Source of the DNA: Eledone cirrhosa
Lineage: Eukaryota
DNA: 64,000 nucleotides
Assembly (NCBI GenBank): GCA_964016885.1
Contig: CAXHJY010001116.1
Coordinates: 1-64,000 of the forward strand
Direction: 5' to 3'
A program made the translations under genes and the position numbers. The notes under the pieces are model-generated. The model had not been told where the DNA came from. It ran no database searches and saw nothing but the letters and a program-made list of their open reading frames with translations. Of this stretch, positions 36,949-51,530 are shown piece by piece (position 1 is the first letter of the stretch; the number at the start of each line of letters is the position of its first letter).

Positions 36949-37342
36949 AGGGTGGTGGATTGGCAGTATCGGTAGAGAGTAGGACACCATGCTTTGCAGC
37001 ATAGAGTTACGGCCCTTTATGGTTTGAGTTCAAATCCTGCCGAGGTTAACTTTGCCTTTCATTCTTACGGGGTCGATAAAATAAAGTACGAGTAATGTAC
37101 TAAGGTCAATTTAATCGACTTTCCCCGCTTCCCAAATTACTGGCCTTGTGACTTGGTTTGGCAGTATCGGTAGAGGGTCGGACAACAGGCTTTGCAGCAC
37201 AGAGTTACGCCCCTTTCTGATCTGAGTTCAAATCCTGCCGAGGTTAACTTTGCCTTTCATCCTTACAGGGTCGATAAAATAAAGTACCAGTAATGCACTG
37301 GGATAATTGCTGGCCTTGTGCCAAAAGTAGAAACAATTATTA
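36949..37342 (+). mobile_element. SINE S1 dimer
   Basis: Two tandem copies joined at ~37150. Confidence 0.9.
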
Positions 37343-38254
37343 GTCTAATAAACTAAAGATACTGTCAATGGTGTTTAAGAATAGAAATAAACATACACGT
37401 ACACCAGGTCCGAACACAGAGGAGCCGAACTCCCTACTGTCATCGCCTGCGTCTCTCTCGCCTTCCCCATTCTCACTATTATGAGCAAATGGGGTCCCAC
37501 ACGCTGGCCGCCCCACGGCCCTGGTGAACAGAATAGAGAAGGCGTTTCCCCGGAGAATGGTGAGGAAAATGTGTTTAGTTTTAATCGCCGCATGTCATTT
37601 GCCATTGCTGTTGTTCAATTCTCCTTGCATAGATATGATATAAGGTGTTCCAACCACGACTATCCTTCCTTAGTGTTTCTACGACTATATTACCCATTGT
37701 TTCCGTTCTTTTTTAAAGAGGTAGGAAGCAATTAGGGAGTGATTTGGATGATATTTCGTACAGATGGAGCAACCACGTGGAGAGCTACTCGATGGAGCAT
37801 CGAACGAAACCTTTCGGGAGACAGTGTATAGGGAAGATGCACAACATCAACATCAACCACCATAAGTATAAACAACAACAAAAGCAGCCCCCATCTTACG
37901 TATACACGACAAAAATAGCAGCCACGATCTTGAGCATAAACAATGCAGCCTGGCATCTTGTTCAGAAACAACAAGAGCAATGAACGTTTTACGTATCTCA
38001 TGTCACCAATGCTTACACAGAATGAATGTCCATGCTTTATGTGTAAATAGAATGAGGTGGCATCCATATATTACTGGCACTAGTTATATTTGATTATTCA
38101 AACGGAAGAAAGCCAAATTAGGTTGTCATTAAAGGATCTTTGCCTTAGTTCATTTTTCGTTTCACACAGGGAAGTCATAAGATCTTCCATTTACTTTTCT
38201 CTTGAATTAAGATCTTCCATTTACTTTTCTCTTGAATTAAACAGCGTAAAAATA

Positions 38255-38442
38255 ATTGTTGCTACTTTTTTAGCACAAGGCCAGCAATTACTCCAGTGCA
38301 TTGCTGGTACTTTATTTTTATCGATGAAAGGATGAAAGGCAAAGTTAACCTCGGCAAAATTTGAACTCGGATCATAAAGGGGCGTAACTCTTTGCTGCAA
38401 AGCAAGGCGTCCGACCCTCTACCGATACTGCCAATTTGCCGT
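38255..38442 (-). mobile_element. SINE S1
   Basis: Matches S1. Confidence 0.85.
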
Positions 38443-38924
38443 ATAACCTCCATGGCAAACAGCGAATCTAGTATTACGTTGCTATAAGTTTTGCATATAT
38501 GTACACACACACATAGAGAGAGAGAGAGAGCGGGAGAGGGAGAGAGAGGTGTGTGTATGAATCTACTGATTACAGGTACATGTGTGTTTGTGATGTATGT
38601 GTGTGTGAGTAAAATTCGAAAGAAATTGGCTCCAGGGTCATAATATAATGAAAAGAAGTAAAATATAATGCTCTATTTGAAGTGAGGATAACGGCTGGTG
38701 TGCTTTTCCCCATCGGTATGAATCAGTAGGGTTCAAATGAGATTAAAATAATATGTAAACGGTTATGATACCGAAGTAACGTTTGAAACGAAGACTTCTA
38801 TATATAGAAATAAACCAGTGCTTGTTATTTTAGTCTTGCAATCAAGTATTATGCTATTTATTTCACTGAACCACAACTCCTGTTTTTTTCAACAGTGATA
38901 AGTAATTTATTATATTATTTTATA

Positions 38925-39465
38925 TAACGGTTTCTAAATTAGACACAAGACTAACGATTTGGGAGAGGGAATTAAGTCGATTAAATCAACCCCAGTACTG
39001 GACTTACTTAGAATTGAACTTTATTTCATTGACCCTGGGAAGATGAAAGACAAAAGTTAACTTCGAGAGGATTTGAACTCAAAATGTGAAGAGGCGGATC
39101 AACAACTCCCGCAAAGCGTTTTGTCCGTCGCTTAACGATTCTACCAATCCACTCCCCTGTTATGCTGATATATGATATATAATCTAAAACCTGTCTCCAA
39201 CCCAGAGGCTCATCAGGTCGGTGCTTATCTCGGTTTCCGTGGCGTTAATAACTGAAAGTATAAGACCCACCACTGGATAAAACGCCAGTCCATCGTAGGG
39301 TTAAACACAGTTGTTGCTGGTAGTCATTTTTAGCTGAATATACAGGAGCAACGTGAAATGAAGTGCTTTGTTGAAGAACGCAACACACAGCCCAGTCTAG
39401 GAATCGAACTCACGACATTATGATCTTAATTCCAACACTCTAATCACTAGGCTACGCACCTCCAC
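38925..39465 (-). mobile_element. Adjacent SINEs S1 (38925-39158) and S3 (39190-39465)
   Basis: A/B boxes and family-specific bodies. Confidence 0.8.
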
Positions 39466-39686
39466 TTATATGATATATAGAGGCCCTATTTTGTTGCTCC
39501 GCCTGCAAGAAATATCAGTCAAGTATCTGAAGCAAGGCATCACAACCTACTGGCTTAAATAGAGAAGGATATACAAGACAATTTTGCTGTTTATATTAAA
39601 AAACGATGAGATGGTAAAGGCTAGAGTGTCTTTGGTGATAGGCTTCTTTAATCACAGTTCACTTGTGGCTAAACAACAAAATAACT

Positions 39687-41325
39687 AGTCCAGGGAAAGA
39701 GAAGCAGTTGTAGAACCGAACAAGAGACAAACAGAAGAAGGCTTTATGTTGGGCCTGGTAGATGGGATATACAGGTAGCCAGTCCAGGGGAAGAGAAGCA
39801 GTTGTAGAACCGAACAAGAGACAAACAGAAGAAGGCTTTATGTTGGGCCTGGTAGATGGGATATACAGGTAGCCAGTCCAGGGGAAGAGAAACAGTTGTA
39901 GAACCGAACAAGAGACAAACAGAAGAAGGCTTTATATTGGGCCTGGTAGATGGGATATACAGGTAGCCAGTCCAGGGAAAGAGAAGCAGTTGTAGAACCG
40001 AACAAGAGACAAACAGAAGAAGGCTTTATGTTGGGCCTGGTAGATGGGATATACAGGTAGCCAGTCCAGGGGAAGAGAAACAGTTGTAGAACCGAACAAG
40101 AGACAAACAGAAGAAGGCTTTATGTTGGGCCTGGTAGATGGGATATACAGGTAGCCAGTCCAGGGAAAGAGAAGCAGTTGTAGAACCGAACAAGAGACAA
40201 ACAGAAGAAGGCTTTATGTTGGGCCTGGTAGATGGGATATACAGGTAGCCAGTCCAGGGGAAGAGAAACAGTTGTAGAACCGAACAAGAGACAAACAGAA
40301 GAAGGCTTTATGTTGGGCCTGGTAGATGGGATATACAGGTAGCCAGTCCAGGGGAAGAGAAACAGTTGTAGAACCGAACAAGAGACAAACAGAAGAAGGC
40401 TTTATGTTGGGCCTGGTAGATGGGATATACAGGTAGCCAGTCCAGGGAAAGAGAAGCAGTTGTAGAACCGAACAAGAGACAAACAGAAGAAGGCTTTATG
40501 TTGGGCCTGGTAGATGGGATATACAGGTAGCCAGTCCAGGGGAAGAGAAACAGTTGTAGAACCGAACAAGAGACAAACAGAAGAAGGCTTTATGTTGGGC
40601 CTGGTAGATGGGATATACAGGTAGCCAGTCCAGGGAAAGAGAAGCAGTTGTAGAACCGAACAAGAGACAAACAGAAGAAGGCTTTATGTTGGGCCTGGTA
40701 GATGGGATATACAGGTAGCCAGTCCAGGGGAAGAGAAACAGTTGTAGAACCGAACAAGAGACAAACAGAAGAAGGCTTTATGTTGGGCCTGGTAGATGGG
40801 ATATACAGGTAGCCAGTCCAGGGAAAGAGAAGCAGTTGTAGAACCGAACAAGAGACAAACAGAAGAAGGCTTTATGTTGGGCCTGGTAGATGGGATATAC
40901 AGGTAGCCAGTCCAGGGGAAGAGAAACAGTTGTAGAACCGGCAAAGAGACAAACAGAAGAAGGCTTTATGTTGGGCCTGGTAGATGGGATATACAGGTAG
41001 CCAGTCCAGGGGAAGAGAAACAGTTGTAGAACCGAACAAGAGACAAACAGAAGAAGGCTTTATGTTGGGCCTGGTAGATGGGATATACAGGTAGCCAGTC
41101 CAGGGAAAGAGAAGCAGTTGTAGAACCGAACAAGAGACAAACAGAAGAAGGCTTTATGTTGGGCCTGGTAGATGGGATATACAGGTAGCCAGTCCAGGGG
41201 AAGAGAAACAGTTGTAGAACCGAACAAGAGACAAACAGAAGAAGGCTTTATGTTGGGCCTGGTAGATGGGATATACAGGTAGCCAGTCCAGGGGAAGAGA
41301 AACAGTTGTAGAACCGGCAAAGAGA
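39687..41325 (+). repeat. 94-bp tandem repeat, ~17.4 nearly identical copies
   Basis: agtccaggg(a/g)aagagaa(g/a)cagttgtagaaccgaac...caggtagcc recurs every 94 bp (39687, 39781, 39875 and onward). Confidence 0.98.
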
Positions 41326-41500
41326 CACACGGAGAGAGAGTGGGAAAGGACACCGCTCTGAGGTAGCGTCTGAAGATTGTTAGTGAGTAATGTCTCAACT
41401 GGTCGAATTGATACATCATAGTGTGGTTGGATGTGTCCCATATATAAAAATTATTCCTATGTGGGTCACAATGTCTACTACTGATCAACGATGAAGTATT
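41325..41500 (-). pseudogene. Possible degraded CR1/L2-type LINE C-terminal coding fragment continuing into the array unit
   Basis: YIWD, NNLQTLPQ..SHSLS.CLF, TVSLP and AFFCLSLVRFYN resemble HIW / LQPLSHRR..ASLSLFY / SVTIPR / SFFPRT.RLWN. Confidence 0.35.
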
Positions 41501-42195
41501 TGCTAGCTCTAAAGAGAAGGTTTAGTCTCATGGACAAAGAAAGTGGGGACCGGCCGATGAGTTGGGATTACAGCAGTGACTGAATACCCTCTTCAGCTGT
41601 CCATGGAGACTGCTTATAAAGCCACTTTTACTGAGGGTTTGTTTAAATCGAGTAGACCATTTCGCACATATAATGCTTTTTTGGTTGTTAGTTTAAGCTA
41701 TAAATCACTGGTGCGTTAACAGAGAGAGAGAGGACTATTGCTGTCGAAATCCAAACACAATATTGAAGCTTATCTGACTAATCTCAGCTTTTCTATCCAA
41801 GAACATATTGTATAAAAATTGAATCGACCTCATTCGCTTACCGGGTGGAACTCGTCAAATTCGACCAAAGAAACTATGTTTCTATTGGTCTTTCCATTGC
41901 TGATACTATCTGTCAGAAAGCGCAACATGAAATAAAGTCCGGGAATCGAATCTCAACCTCACAATTGCGAATCTAATCCTCCAACTACTAAGCCACACGC
42001 CTTATTCATTCTATATAAATATAAAGTCTGAAATACGTACATATCAAAACATCTGTCTATTACATTCAACGTTGACTAAACTGTATACATATATTCTATA
42101 GTACAATGTAGCATTGAAACCAAACACCGTTAACAAACCATTAGTTTACAGGGAATATATTGCAGAATTTGTTGTTAATCATCATTCATGGTAAG

Positions 42196-42358
42196 CGTGG
42201 ACTGGCAGTATCGGTAGAGGTTCGGACGCCATGCTTTGACGCATAGTGTTACGGCCCTTGCCATTCTGAGTTCAAATCCCGCCGAGGTCGATAAAATAAA
42301 GTACCAGTAATACACTGGGTAATTTGCTGGCCTTGTGCCAAAAGTAGAAACAATTATT
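42196..42358 (+). mobile_element. SINE S1 with internal deletion
   Basis: cgccgaggtcgataaa junction deletes the central stem. Confidence 0.85.
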
Positions 42359-43154
42359 TCTAATAACATCGATTGAGTTTCTGCTCCGTGGTGTTGGAAG
42401 GTGTACGATGACTAAGAAATGCGACGTACATTGAAGTCAGTGAATACGATGACTGCATATACTGATGACGAATAATAGATATCTTCAATACCTGATGATC
42501 CACAGTCGAATAATTGATGGTGGTTTGTGGAGTTTGATGAAAACAGAAGACATTTGAGACAAAATATCTAGAAGTCTTGTTGCTGAAATTCAGGTACGTT
42601 TAATAGATTACACAAATGCATAGACTAACGTTTCAGGTCAGAGGTGGAATATTAAAGTCAGCTAACATGGCTGAGCATCTTCAAACCCTGTGTTTGGTGG
42701 GGAAGAAATGGAGACATGATTATGCATCGTTTGCTACGGTAACTTTCCAATGATTTGCTCTGGCGGTCGACTCCGCTAAGAAACATTCTCCACCTGTAAC
42801 TTCTAACAAACAGTAGTGCGATACAATGGAATGTGCAGGAGGAGATAGTAGCGCACCAAGAAATTGTATTACCAACAAACCAAAATAGTGGTCCGAATAC
42901 TTTCACTACGAGGAATGGAACTGAACTAAAGGAAGTGATGGTTACATGGTAAAGCTAAACCGAACAGGACTACCATCTAAAAACATGTTGTTCTTCGGTG
43001 ACATCAGAACAAGAGAACTTGTCTTATTCCACTCAGAGTCCTTTCTGCTCTGTGCGATGCTAAAGCTAAGTGTATTCTCCTCTAAGCTATATATCCATGA
43101 ATTTGAATTCAGTTCTCCAAGACGACCAAACACTTTTCATTAATACCATACGTG

Positions 43155-43392
43155 AGGGTGATAGTTTGGCAGGAGAATTGGTAGAGTATCAGACATGTTT
43201 TGCGACATATAGTTACGTCCCTTTACGTTCTGAGTTCAAATCCTGTCGAGGTTGGCTTTACCTTTCATCTTTATGAGGTCCATAAAATAAAGTAGCAGTA
43301 ATGCACTAGGGTCGATTTAATCGACTTTCCGCCTCCCCCCCCCCCCCCCCCCAAAAAAACTGTTGGCCTTGTGTCTAAATCAAAAACCATTA
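43155..43392 (+). mobile_element. SINE S1
   Basis: Matches S1, with an expanded poly-C. Confidence 0.8.
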
Positions 43393-43805
43393 CTACCATA
43401 ATTTCACAGTTTGCAAAAGTTGAGCAATACTACATACGATACTCACATCATCAGATATTCTCTATGTTATCTGTTATAATGCATTTGTGTTCTCTTAATT
43501 ATTTGTGACTACGTTCCGGCTGGATCACCTATCTGTGACCAAGCATCTATGATCTTTGCCATTTCTTTCCCTTATTATATTAACTACCACGAACATTTTT
43601 ATGAATTTCATAACTTCATATTATCCTTATGGAATATTTTAGTCTTGTATTAAATTAGGAAATCAATAAATAAAACAATAATTATACAAATAGTTTGACA
43701 TTATAATGCCAATAGCAATATTTTTCCCTTTATCAATCAATTCATTTAAATGATTTTTAAAGATTTCTAAAGATTGCATTTGATCATATCAGCTAATGGT
43801 TCTAA

Positions 43806-43977
43806 TTAATTGTTTCTACATTTGGCACAAGGCCAGCAATTACCCAGTACATTACTGGTACTTTATTTTATCGACCCCGTAAGGATGAAAGGCAAAGTTA
43901 ACCTCGGCGAGATTTGAACTCAGACCATAAAGGGACGTAACTATGCTCGAAAGCATGGCGTCCGACCCTCTACCGAT
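43806..43977 (-). mobile_element. SINE S1
   Basis: Matches S1. Confidence 0.85.
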
Positions 43978-45078
43978 AAATGATCCCCTAAATATATCCA
44001 CAAAGTCTTTTAAGAATTCACAAAATAAAAGAGATGACGCCATTTTTTTTATTATTTGTTTTGCTATTAAAACTTGAAAATAGATTTAACACGACGCGTG
44101 TTCCAAAAAATAATGATTCAAAAGAATTTCTTTAAAAATCAGTAAAGAATGAAAAATGTGCTATTGTTTTCTTCTATCATTTACAAAGTTATCATCGTGT
44201 GTCTATTAATAAACATAAACTCTGTTACAATAACTTCATTTCTAACAGTTATAACCGGCTTTAAATAAACAACAGGAAACTATTGACAGCTTATCACAGT
44301 AAATAGAGAGATAATTATAGCAAATATGTTTATAACTATTGTAGTTTTATAGATTTTATATTGTTGAAGGTTTTGCAGAGATATTGAACAACTGCTGGCG
44401 ATTCTATCAATTTCTTAATCACACACTATATAAGGTAAAGCGATCCAGTGGGAGTGCATTGTCCATAAACAGGATGCAAAAGAGGAGACAGGTAACGATG
44501 AATCTATCAACCTCTTCAAACTGAAAATCAAATAACATCATTTGCATAAGAGGTAGCTTCAAGTAAATCACTGAAGATATAAAATAGAAACGATTTGGGT
44601 TGATTTGGCCGGTTTTAAACGTATCGTTCGCTTGTATCAGAAACTTTGGAGCAAAATGGTGATGGTGTGGATTTTCAATATAATATAGACTCTGTTCTAT
44701 TATAGTACGATCAAGGCTATTGTGGATTGGCAGTATTGGTAGAGGGTCGGACGCCACGCTGTGCCTAACGTAGAAACAATTATAGTACGACCAGCAATAC
44801 AGGGATTGGTACAAAAGGTTAACAAGATCCTACAGGCAATTGTGAAAGAAGATGACAATATCTTGCTAAGAATTTACTTACATTAAATTAATATTTCAGT
44901 CGGCAAACATTTCTCAATTGTCGGTAAATCACATTAATCGACAGACAAGTAGATAAATAAACGTATAAAAGATATAAAAGGACAAAGAAACTTCATCTCG
45001 CCCACTTTTTCTCTCTCTCTATCTATCTATCTATCTTTTTCTCTCTCTCTATCTATCTATCTTTTTCTCTCTCTCCCT

Positions 45079-45120
<42 letters not shown>

Positions 45121-45769
45121 ACGTATGTGTCCGTGTATGTATGCAAATATGTATGCAAATATGTGTGCAAGTATGTATGCAAGTATGTGCGACCTTTTTT
45201 TGTGTTTGTTTGTTTTGCTTATTTTATTTTATTTTTGTTGTTGTTTTGTCGCTTATTCTAACATGAAACTTGCTGCGGTATTTCTTAAACTACTTCACGG
45301 ACCCCTTATCCGGAGGCAAACACTGAAATCTAAGAAAAGGTCATCGTTTCATTTAAAATCTATGGAGCCTCTAGATGTCTCTTTGTTAGTATTCTATGCA
45401 GGTTGAGAACATTATATATATATATATATGCGTGTGCGTGTGTGTGTGTGTATGAGTGTGTGTGTGTATCGGCATTCTCAATTACATTGCGTCGATAAAA
45501 TATTAAAGATATTACATCAATTAAATCTAGCATTTAATGAGAAGAACATACTTTAATTAAAGGAAGGGAAGGAGAGGTACCAGAGTGTTTAAGATGGGCA
45601 CCTTGCAGTCATAAAGTGTCAGGTTCGATTCCAGAGCGTAGGAATTGCCATTTATCATAGCCTTGTTAGTAAAATTGGCTAAGTAGAAATCATGCGGGAG
45701 ACCACTTGGTGTCTTTGTGTTAAAAATCTCTCTCTAACTCTCTGAAGTATATCTCAAACTAGGTGGCTC

Positions 45770-46030
45770 ACCTGGTCACGGCTTATCCCGGTTTCGTGGC
45801 GTGAAACGACTGACAGTGCAAGACACCCATCCCCTGGATATGACGCCAGTCCTATCAGAGGGTTCAACCTCCAGCTATTGCTGGTACTCATTTTCAGCTG
45901 AATATACTGGAGCAACGAGAAATGAAGTGTTTTGCTCAAGACCACAACACACAACCCATCCCAGGAATCGAACCCACGACATTATGATCTAAAGTCCAAC
46001 ACCTTTACCACTCAGCCATGCACCTCCACT
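45770..46030 (-). mobile_element. CORE-type SINE S3
   Basis: tRNA head with GGTTCGATTCC B box and CORE-like body. Confidence 0.8.
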
Positions 46031-46429
46031 ATGTTAATAATTAATAAAAAATCTTTCTTCGAAATATGTATATGTTGGGTATCTAGATCTGTAGTAAAAC
46101 TATAAATGACCACAAAATACGACACCACGAAGTTGGAGAAGACATAGAAGACATTTCTATAAAGAAGGACAATAAAATAAATTCCTATTAGTTTTGTTAA
46201 TTATTCTGCTGTTGATGTCAGACAAAACGTTGCTACACGTATATTGTCTGCTGACATAAGACACTGGAACTGATTGTCAAATTACGTGTCATGTGATAAA
46301 TTCTGTACATTTGTTGAAATTTTAAATTACATCGTTGGTAATTAATTTACACTTTTATGTACATTGTCTATGCTTTTCTTACACATGCATACATATATAT
46401 ATATATAGTTTACTTATATATATATATAT

Positions 46430-46690
46430 AAGTAAACAGAAATAACAACACAATCGGTACAGTATATGGAAGGAATATATTAGGTTGAAATAGCAGGAAG
46501 AAGGTCTTAACGTTTCAGACGCTAGTCCTTCATCAGAAGAAAGAATGAGGAATTAGAAAGATTGAAGGAACGGGTGTAATGCTCCTTTTGAGTCCTTGGG
46601 GTTGAGACTCATATATTCAATGATAAACTGTAGATGATATTTAAGACTAAATATTCCTGGCAATCCTAAATTCTCCAGTAAATATATTTA
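46430..46690 (-). mobile_element. Penelope pLTR-like family B
   Basis: Homologous to 5400-5540. Confidence 0.72.
46505..46540 (-). ncRNA. Minimal type I hammerhead ribozyme
   Basis: TCTT-CTGATGA-A-GGAC(tagc)GTCT-GAAA-CG-TT-AAGA: 4-bp stem I, 4-bp stem II, palindromic stem III, GUU triplet. Confidence 0.75.
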
Positions 46691-47734
46691 ACAATATAGA
46701 AGTTTATATAATTCTCAAGACTCCTCTCTTGTATCAAGATTGATATGTATCAAGATTGATACCATTTTAACTGGCTTCTATTAAACTTTACTTCATTCTT
46801 CATTACTAATGAACGACAGAAATTCAGACTTTTTTCTATTATTTTGTAGACAAAACTTCGAATAAAGATTTTTATTTTATTTGAGATATTGCTAAATCTT
46901 ATTCAGTTAATTTACCAAAATTTCTTATCAATATCAAACTGTTATGTTGTTTAAATGTGTATCGATCATTCATAACCTACAAACCAATCAACATCAGTTG
47001 TCTTCAATCGATCGCATTACACAATCAGTCATCTCAACCAATAGTCGTTGTTATGTACACATCGAAAAGAACGATCGAATCCAATAAGATTTATTGCTCA
47101 TGATGTGTCTTTTGAAAATGTTGACATAGTAGGATTAATTAGATATATAGATTATCGTTGACCGATAGAAACGATCCATTGATCTTGATGAACGAAACAG
47201 TTTTCGTCACAAGTTACTGTCCGAGATTCAGCTTGTAAATAAAGTTGGTAAAATAAACAAAAACAGGAACAAGTCTAAATTATATTTCTTGTGTTTGGAA
47301 CTAGTAAATATGTTTCATTACATTCCACAGTGAATCCTTCACATAAACATGACAATTAATTAATCTCACTAATGTTTGCGTCTATCAGAAACATGAGCGG
47401 GCGTACGGTGGGAGGGCCTTATATTGTACTTTGAGGGTATGAACTGTATGTTCAAAGTGTATTGATGTGAGTGGGTGTATTAATGTAATACATGATGAAT
47501 CCCTCACATAAACATGACAATTTTACATTAAATATTCAAGCGAACAATCACACTAATGTTTACGAGGGGGTCGAGATTTGTCATATCCTTCTTTAAGAAG
47601 ACCCAATATTATTATAAACGTTGAGTCGATTCAATTTAAAATAGTTCTGTACCTACGAAATCTTTACCAATTTGTCTTACAAATTCAAGTTACGAAACAT
47701 GTGAAGCAGGAGAATATTAACAAGAATAATTCTA

Positions 47735-48075
47735 TTTATTTTTACAATTAATTAACTTTATTTTTACTAATAATTAAATGTTTATTTTTACTATTAATTA
47801 ACGTTTATTTTACTATTAATTAACTCTTTATTTTTACTATTAATTTACTGTTTATTAACTGCTTATTTTTACTAATAATTAATTTTTACTATTAAGTAAC
47901 TGTTTATTTTCCTATTAAATAACTGTTTGTTTTTACTATTAAGTAACTGCTTATTTTACTATTAATTAACTGTTTATTTTTACTAATAACAAACTGTTTA
48001 TTTTTATTATTAAGTGACTGTTTATTTTACTATTAATTAACTGTTTATTTTTACTATTTAGTTAATGATAACTAA
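47735..48075. repeat. Degenerate ~24-26-bp AT-rich minisatellite
   Basis: Recurring ttattttactattaattaactgt. Confidence 0.85.
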
Positions 48076-48917
48076 TTAGTAAAGGCAGAACTGTGTTAGT
48101 CCATAAAATTAGGAAAAATCTCACTTGAAAATTTTTCGAAAATCTTCTAGAATTAAGAAAAACAGTGAAGAGTAGTAATAGTTTACTATTTGAATATATG
48201 TCCATTGATTCAAGTCAGCTAATCTCCGATATACATCTTATTTCTTCTCATTCAAAAGCATTTTAGATCGATGATATCTCTGATTAATAGCAGTTGCAAT
48301 AAATGAAAACTACTCAACTGATTTATTCCTTTTTAATCTCCGTTGATCCCCAGCCTGGCCTCAAATGACACATTTCCCTGAAGAAGTTTTTGTGTTATAT
48401 TTAAATAAATAACTATGTAAACTCTAACAGTTCTCAGTTCTTCAAAAAACTTCAATTCTTATTAGTAAAGCAACCAATTCAATTTCTAATGACAACACAA
48501 TATTTACTTCATCGAACTGATAAAAAAATGTTCGTGAAATTGTCTGTTCCAATACCAATAGAAACCTCAGGTTTACATAACACAAATTTAACTTAGATTT
48601 CCTACAGAACCCTCAAGAGGTTTTACGATGTTAATATTTGAACACCTGAGCAATCATTCCCGTGTATAATTGACTTATATTTGACCAACGGTGAATTTCA
48701 ATTGAATTTATCGATCTCTATCAATATTATCATAGAGACTTTTTCTATACCTGATAAGAATATTGAACTGTGCAGATATTTAACGTGGTTATATATTTAT
48801 ATATTTCTTTATATATTTAGTAATCATAATTCCAAGCTATTTTTCTCATATTATATAGTGATGCCAGTGCCATTTAGAAAAGTCGTAAGTCAATGTGGAG
48901 CCCTTACGGGTCCATTT

Positions 48918-48964
<47 letters not shown>

Positions 48965-49124
48965 GCATGCCAATATATATATGTTTGCATGCCAATATAT
49001 ATATGTTCGCATGCCATAGAAATATGTTCGCATGCCAACACAAGAGCAAGAATGAGGGGTTCATTCTACTGACATGGCTATAAAATTGAGGCTTGTTTGC
49101 ATAATTGCAAACGAATCGAAAAAG

Positions 49125-49262
49125 TTACGGTCCTTGCCATTCTGAGTTCAAATCCCACCGAGGCTAACTTTGCCTTTCATCCTTACGGGGTCGATAAAAT
49201 CAAGAACCAGTAATGCACTGGGTAAGTGCTGGCCTTGTGCCAAAAGTAGAAACAATTATTAA
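49125..49262 (+). mobile_element. 5'-truncated SINE S1
   Basis: B box onward. Confidence 0.85.
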
Positions 49263-49321
49263 TATTCGAAAAACTCAGATTACATTTATTGTATTCAGCC
49301 ATGTAGAGCGAAATTTTCTTT

Positions 49322-49388
<67 letters not shown>

Positions 49389-49446
49389 TTATAAATATAT
49401 ATATATATATATTTATATTTATAAATATATATATATATATTTATAT

Positions 49447-49507
<61 letters not shown>

Positions 49508-49814
49508 GTGGCAGTATCATTAAGAAACCCTGTATGTCAATATGGAACTCCTACGATCTCTGAGGAATTACAGGTATTTAAATATAATGTTATTTTGCTT
49601 TTGTTTTTTATATGCTCGCCATGGTATGGAGCTCGATGCTGGCTGTCCGGCTACAAGCGAGCATATATATATATATATGTAATGAAAAGGCTTGCAGAAA
49701 CTGGTTGGCGCCGTAAATGGGATTTTACCTATCTCTATACCCACTCTCCATCTCCCCATGCATTGAGTACTCGGATGATTAGTGGTCTCTCCTATCTCAG
49801 GCACCACAGACACA

Positions 49815-49845
<31 letters not shown>

Positions 49846-50116
49846 CATATAACAAAGAGGGTGTGGTAAGATACCAGGAGGACCATAACGCACCGGAGTG
49901 TGCGTGTGTGTTGGGTTTAATCGAGGGTAACCACAGTAAGTAAGGTACTCAATACAAAGCAGAATATAAATGTGTATATATATATATATATATTGTTATA
50001 CTTTGGGAGGGTCATGTTGCCAATAAGAAACACAATAAGAAACACACGCACCAGTTGCTTTACACACGTTTACACACGTTTTCAGATAAAGAATCTTGCT
50101 AAACAAATTCTGAAAC

Positions 50117-50191
<75 letters not shown>

Positions 50192-51213
50192 ATAAAGGAA
50201 ACAAACAAAACACAGAAGGCAATTTTACACAGTTATATTAGGTTCACGCTTGGGGGGAAATGGGGGAGGTTTCAATATTTCAGACACCCAGAACAACATC
50301 TCATTAGTTCTCTATCTAGATAGATCTGAAGTCAAATAATCATAATGCTTTCTTTATTAACCACAAGGGTTTACACAAGGTAGACATTAAGGACAGTACA
50401 GGACAATACAGGACAATACAGGACGGTACAAATGGGCGTGTAAAAAAAAAAAAAAAAAAAAGAGGATGTAACAAAAAAAGGAACAATGAAAAATTCCTTA
50501 ATAGGGGGGAGACTTCAATATTAACCATTAGAAGATCTATTGGTCCGTTAGAAAAGGCGGACCTTCCATAACAATGATTTTAAAATGTTTACTTTGTGTC
50601 TCTCGGTGTAATATAAAGTTCTGCACACTGTCGCACAGTGTCCGTATATTTCAAATGTGTGAGCTTGTGTGGAGCACCTGTAAGACATATCCAGCTATCA
50701 GCTGGGTCATTATTGAACATTTTAGTTGGGAAATGCGGCAAGTCTCCCTCTGTCTTGTGGCTATGGCGAAGGGAGCTGAATAATGGTGTACATGCTTGAA
50801 ATGTTTGAAGACATGAATCTTTCTCTCCGGCCAGACTAACAATACTTAAAGGAGAATGTGGTGATAGAGAAGGAGAGAGGTTGTCTTTTAGTGTGTTTCA
50901 TGGAAGATGGATGAGAGAGGCGGCAACAGCAACACAACAACAACAACTAAAGCCAAAACTACAAATGAAACAACACAAAGGATTACCACTAGCTTCGGAA
51001 ACCTCAATGTAGTTTGATCCTCACCCTCAACCCTCACACTAATACAAGCGCACACACACACTCACACACTAATACAAGCACACACACACACTAATACAAG
51101 CGCACACACACACACACACTAATACAAGCCCACACAACCACCAAATAACCTCCATCGTATTCCTTCTCCTCGAACGAGGAGGTGGAAAGAACAAACCATT
51201 GCCATGGAAAGCA

Positions 51214-51530
51214 AGTAGTAGTAGTGGCGGTAATGGTGGTAGTAGTAGTAGTAGTAGTGGCGGTGGTGGTGGTAGTAGTAGTAGTGGCGGTAGTAGTAGT
51301 AGTGGCGGTAGTGGTAGTAGTAATAGTAGTAGTAGTAGTCGTAGTAGTAGTAGTGGCGGTGGTGGTGGTAGTAGTAGTGGTGGTAGTGGTAGTGGTGGTA
51401 GTGGTAGTAGTAGTAGTGGTAGTGGTGGTAGTAGTAGTAGTAGTGGCGGTGGTAGTAGTAGTAGTAGCAGTAGTAGTAGTGGCGGTAGTAGTAGTAGTAG
51501 TAGTAGTAGTAGCGGTAGTAGTAGTAGCGG
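51214..51530. repeat. (AGT/GGT)n trinucleotide repeat
   Basis: Direct reading. Confidence 0.97.

Noticed and set aside
39200-39245. GAAACC..CCTGATGAG in the S3 SINE tail as a permuted hammerhead
   Set aside because: Stems I and III and an NUH site cannot be built between GAAA and CTGATGA.
39687-41325. CRISPR-like array, or tandem retrozyme (CAGAAGA-AGGC..GCCT resembles a hammerhead core plus stem II)
   Set aside because: No unique spacers and a eukaryotic context. The core has CAGA instead of CUGA, and no GAAA follows the stem.
42600-43140. Possible degraded LINE RT on the minus strand
   Set aside because: No diagnostic motif could be read with confidence.
46700-48700. Possible decayed coding sequence (transposase or host exons)
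   Set aside because: Frames closed, no recognisable motifs or consistent splice sites.
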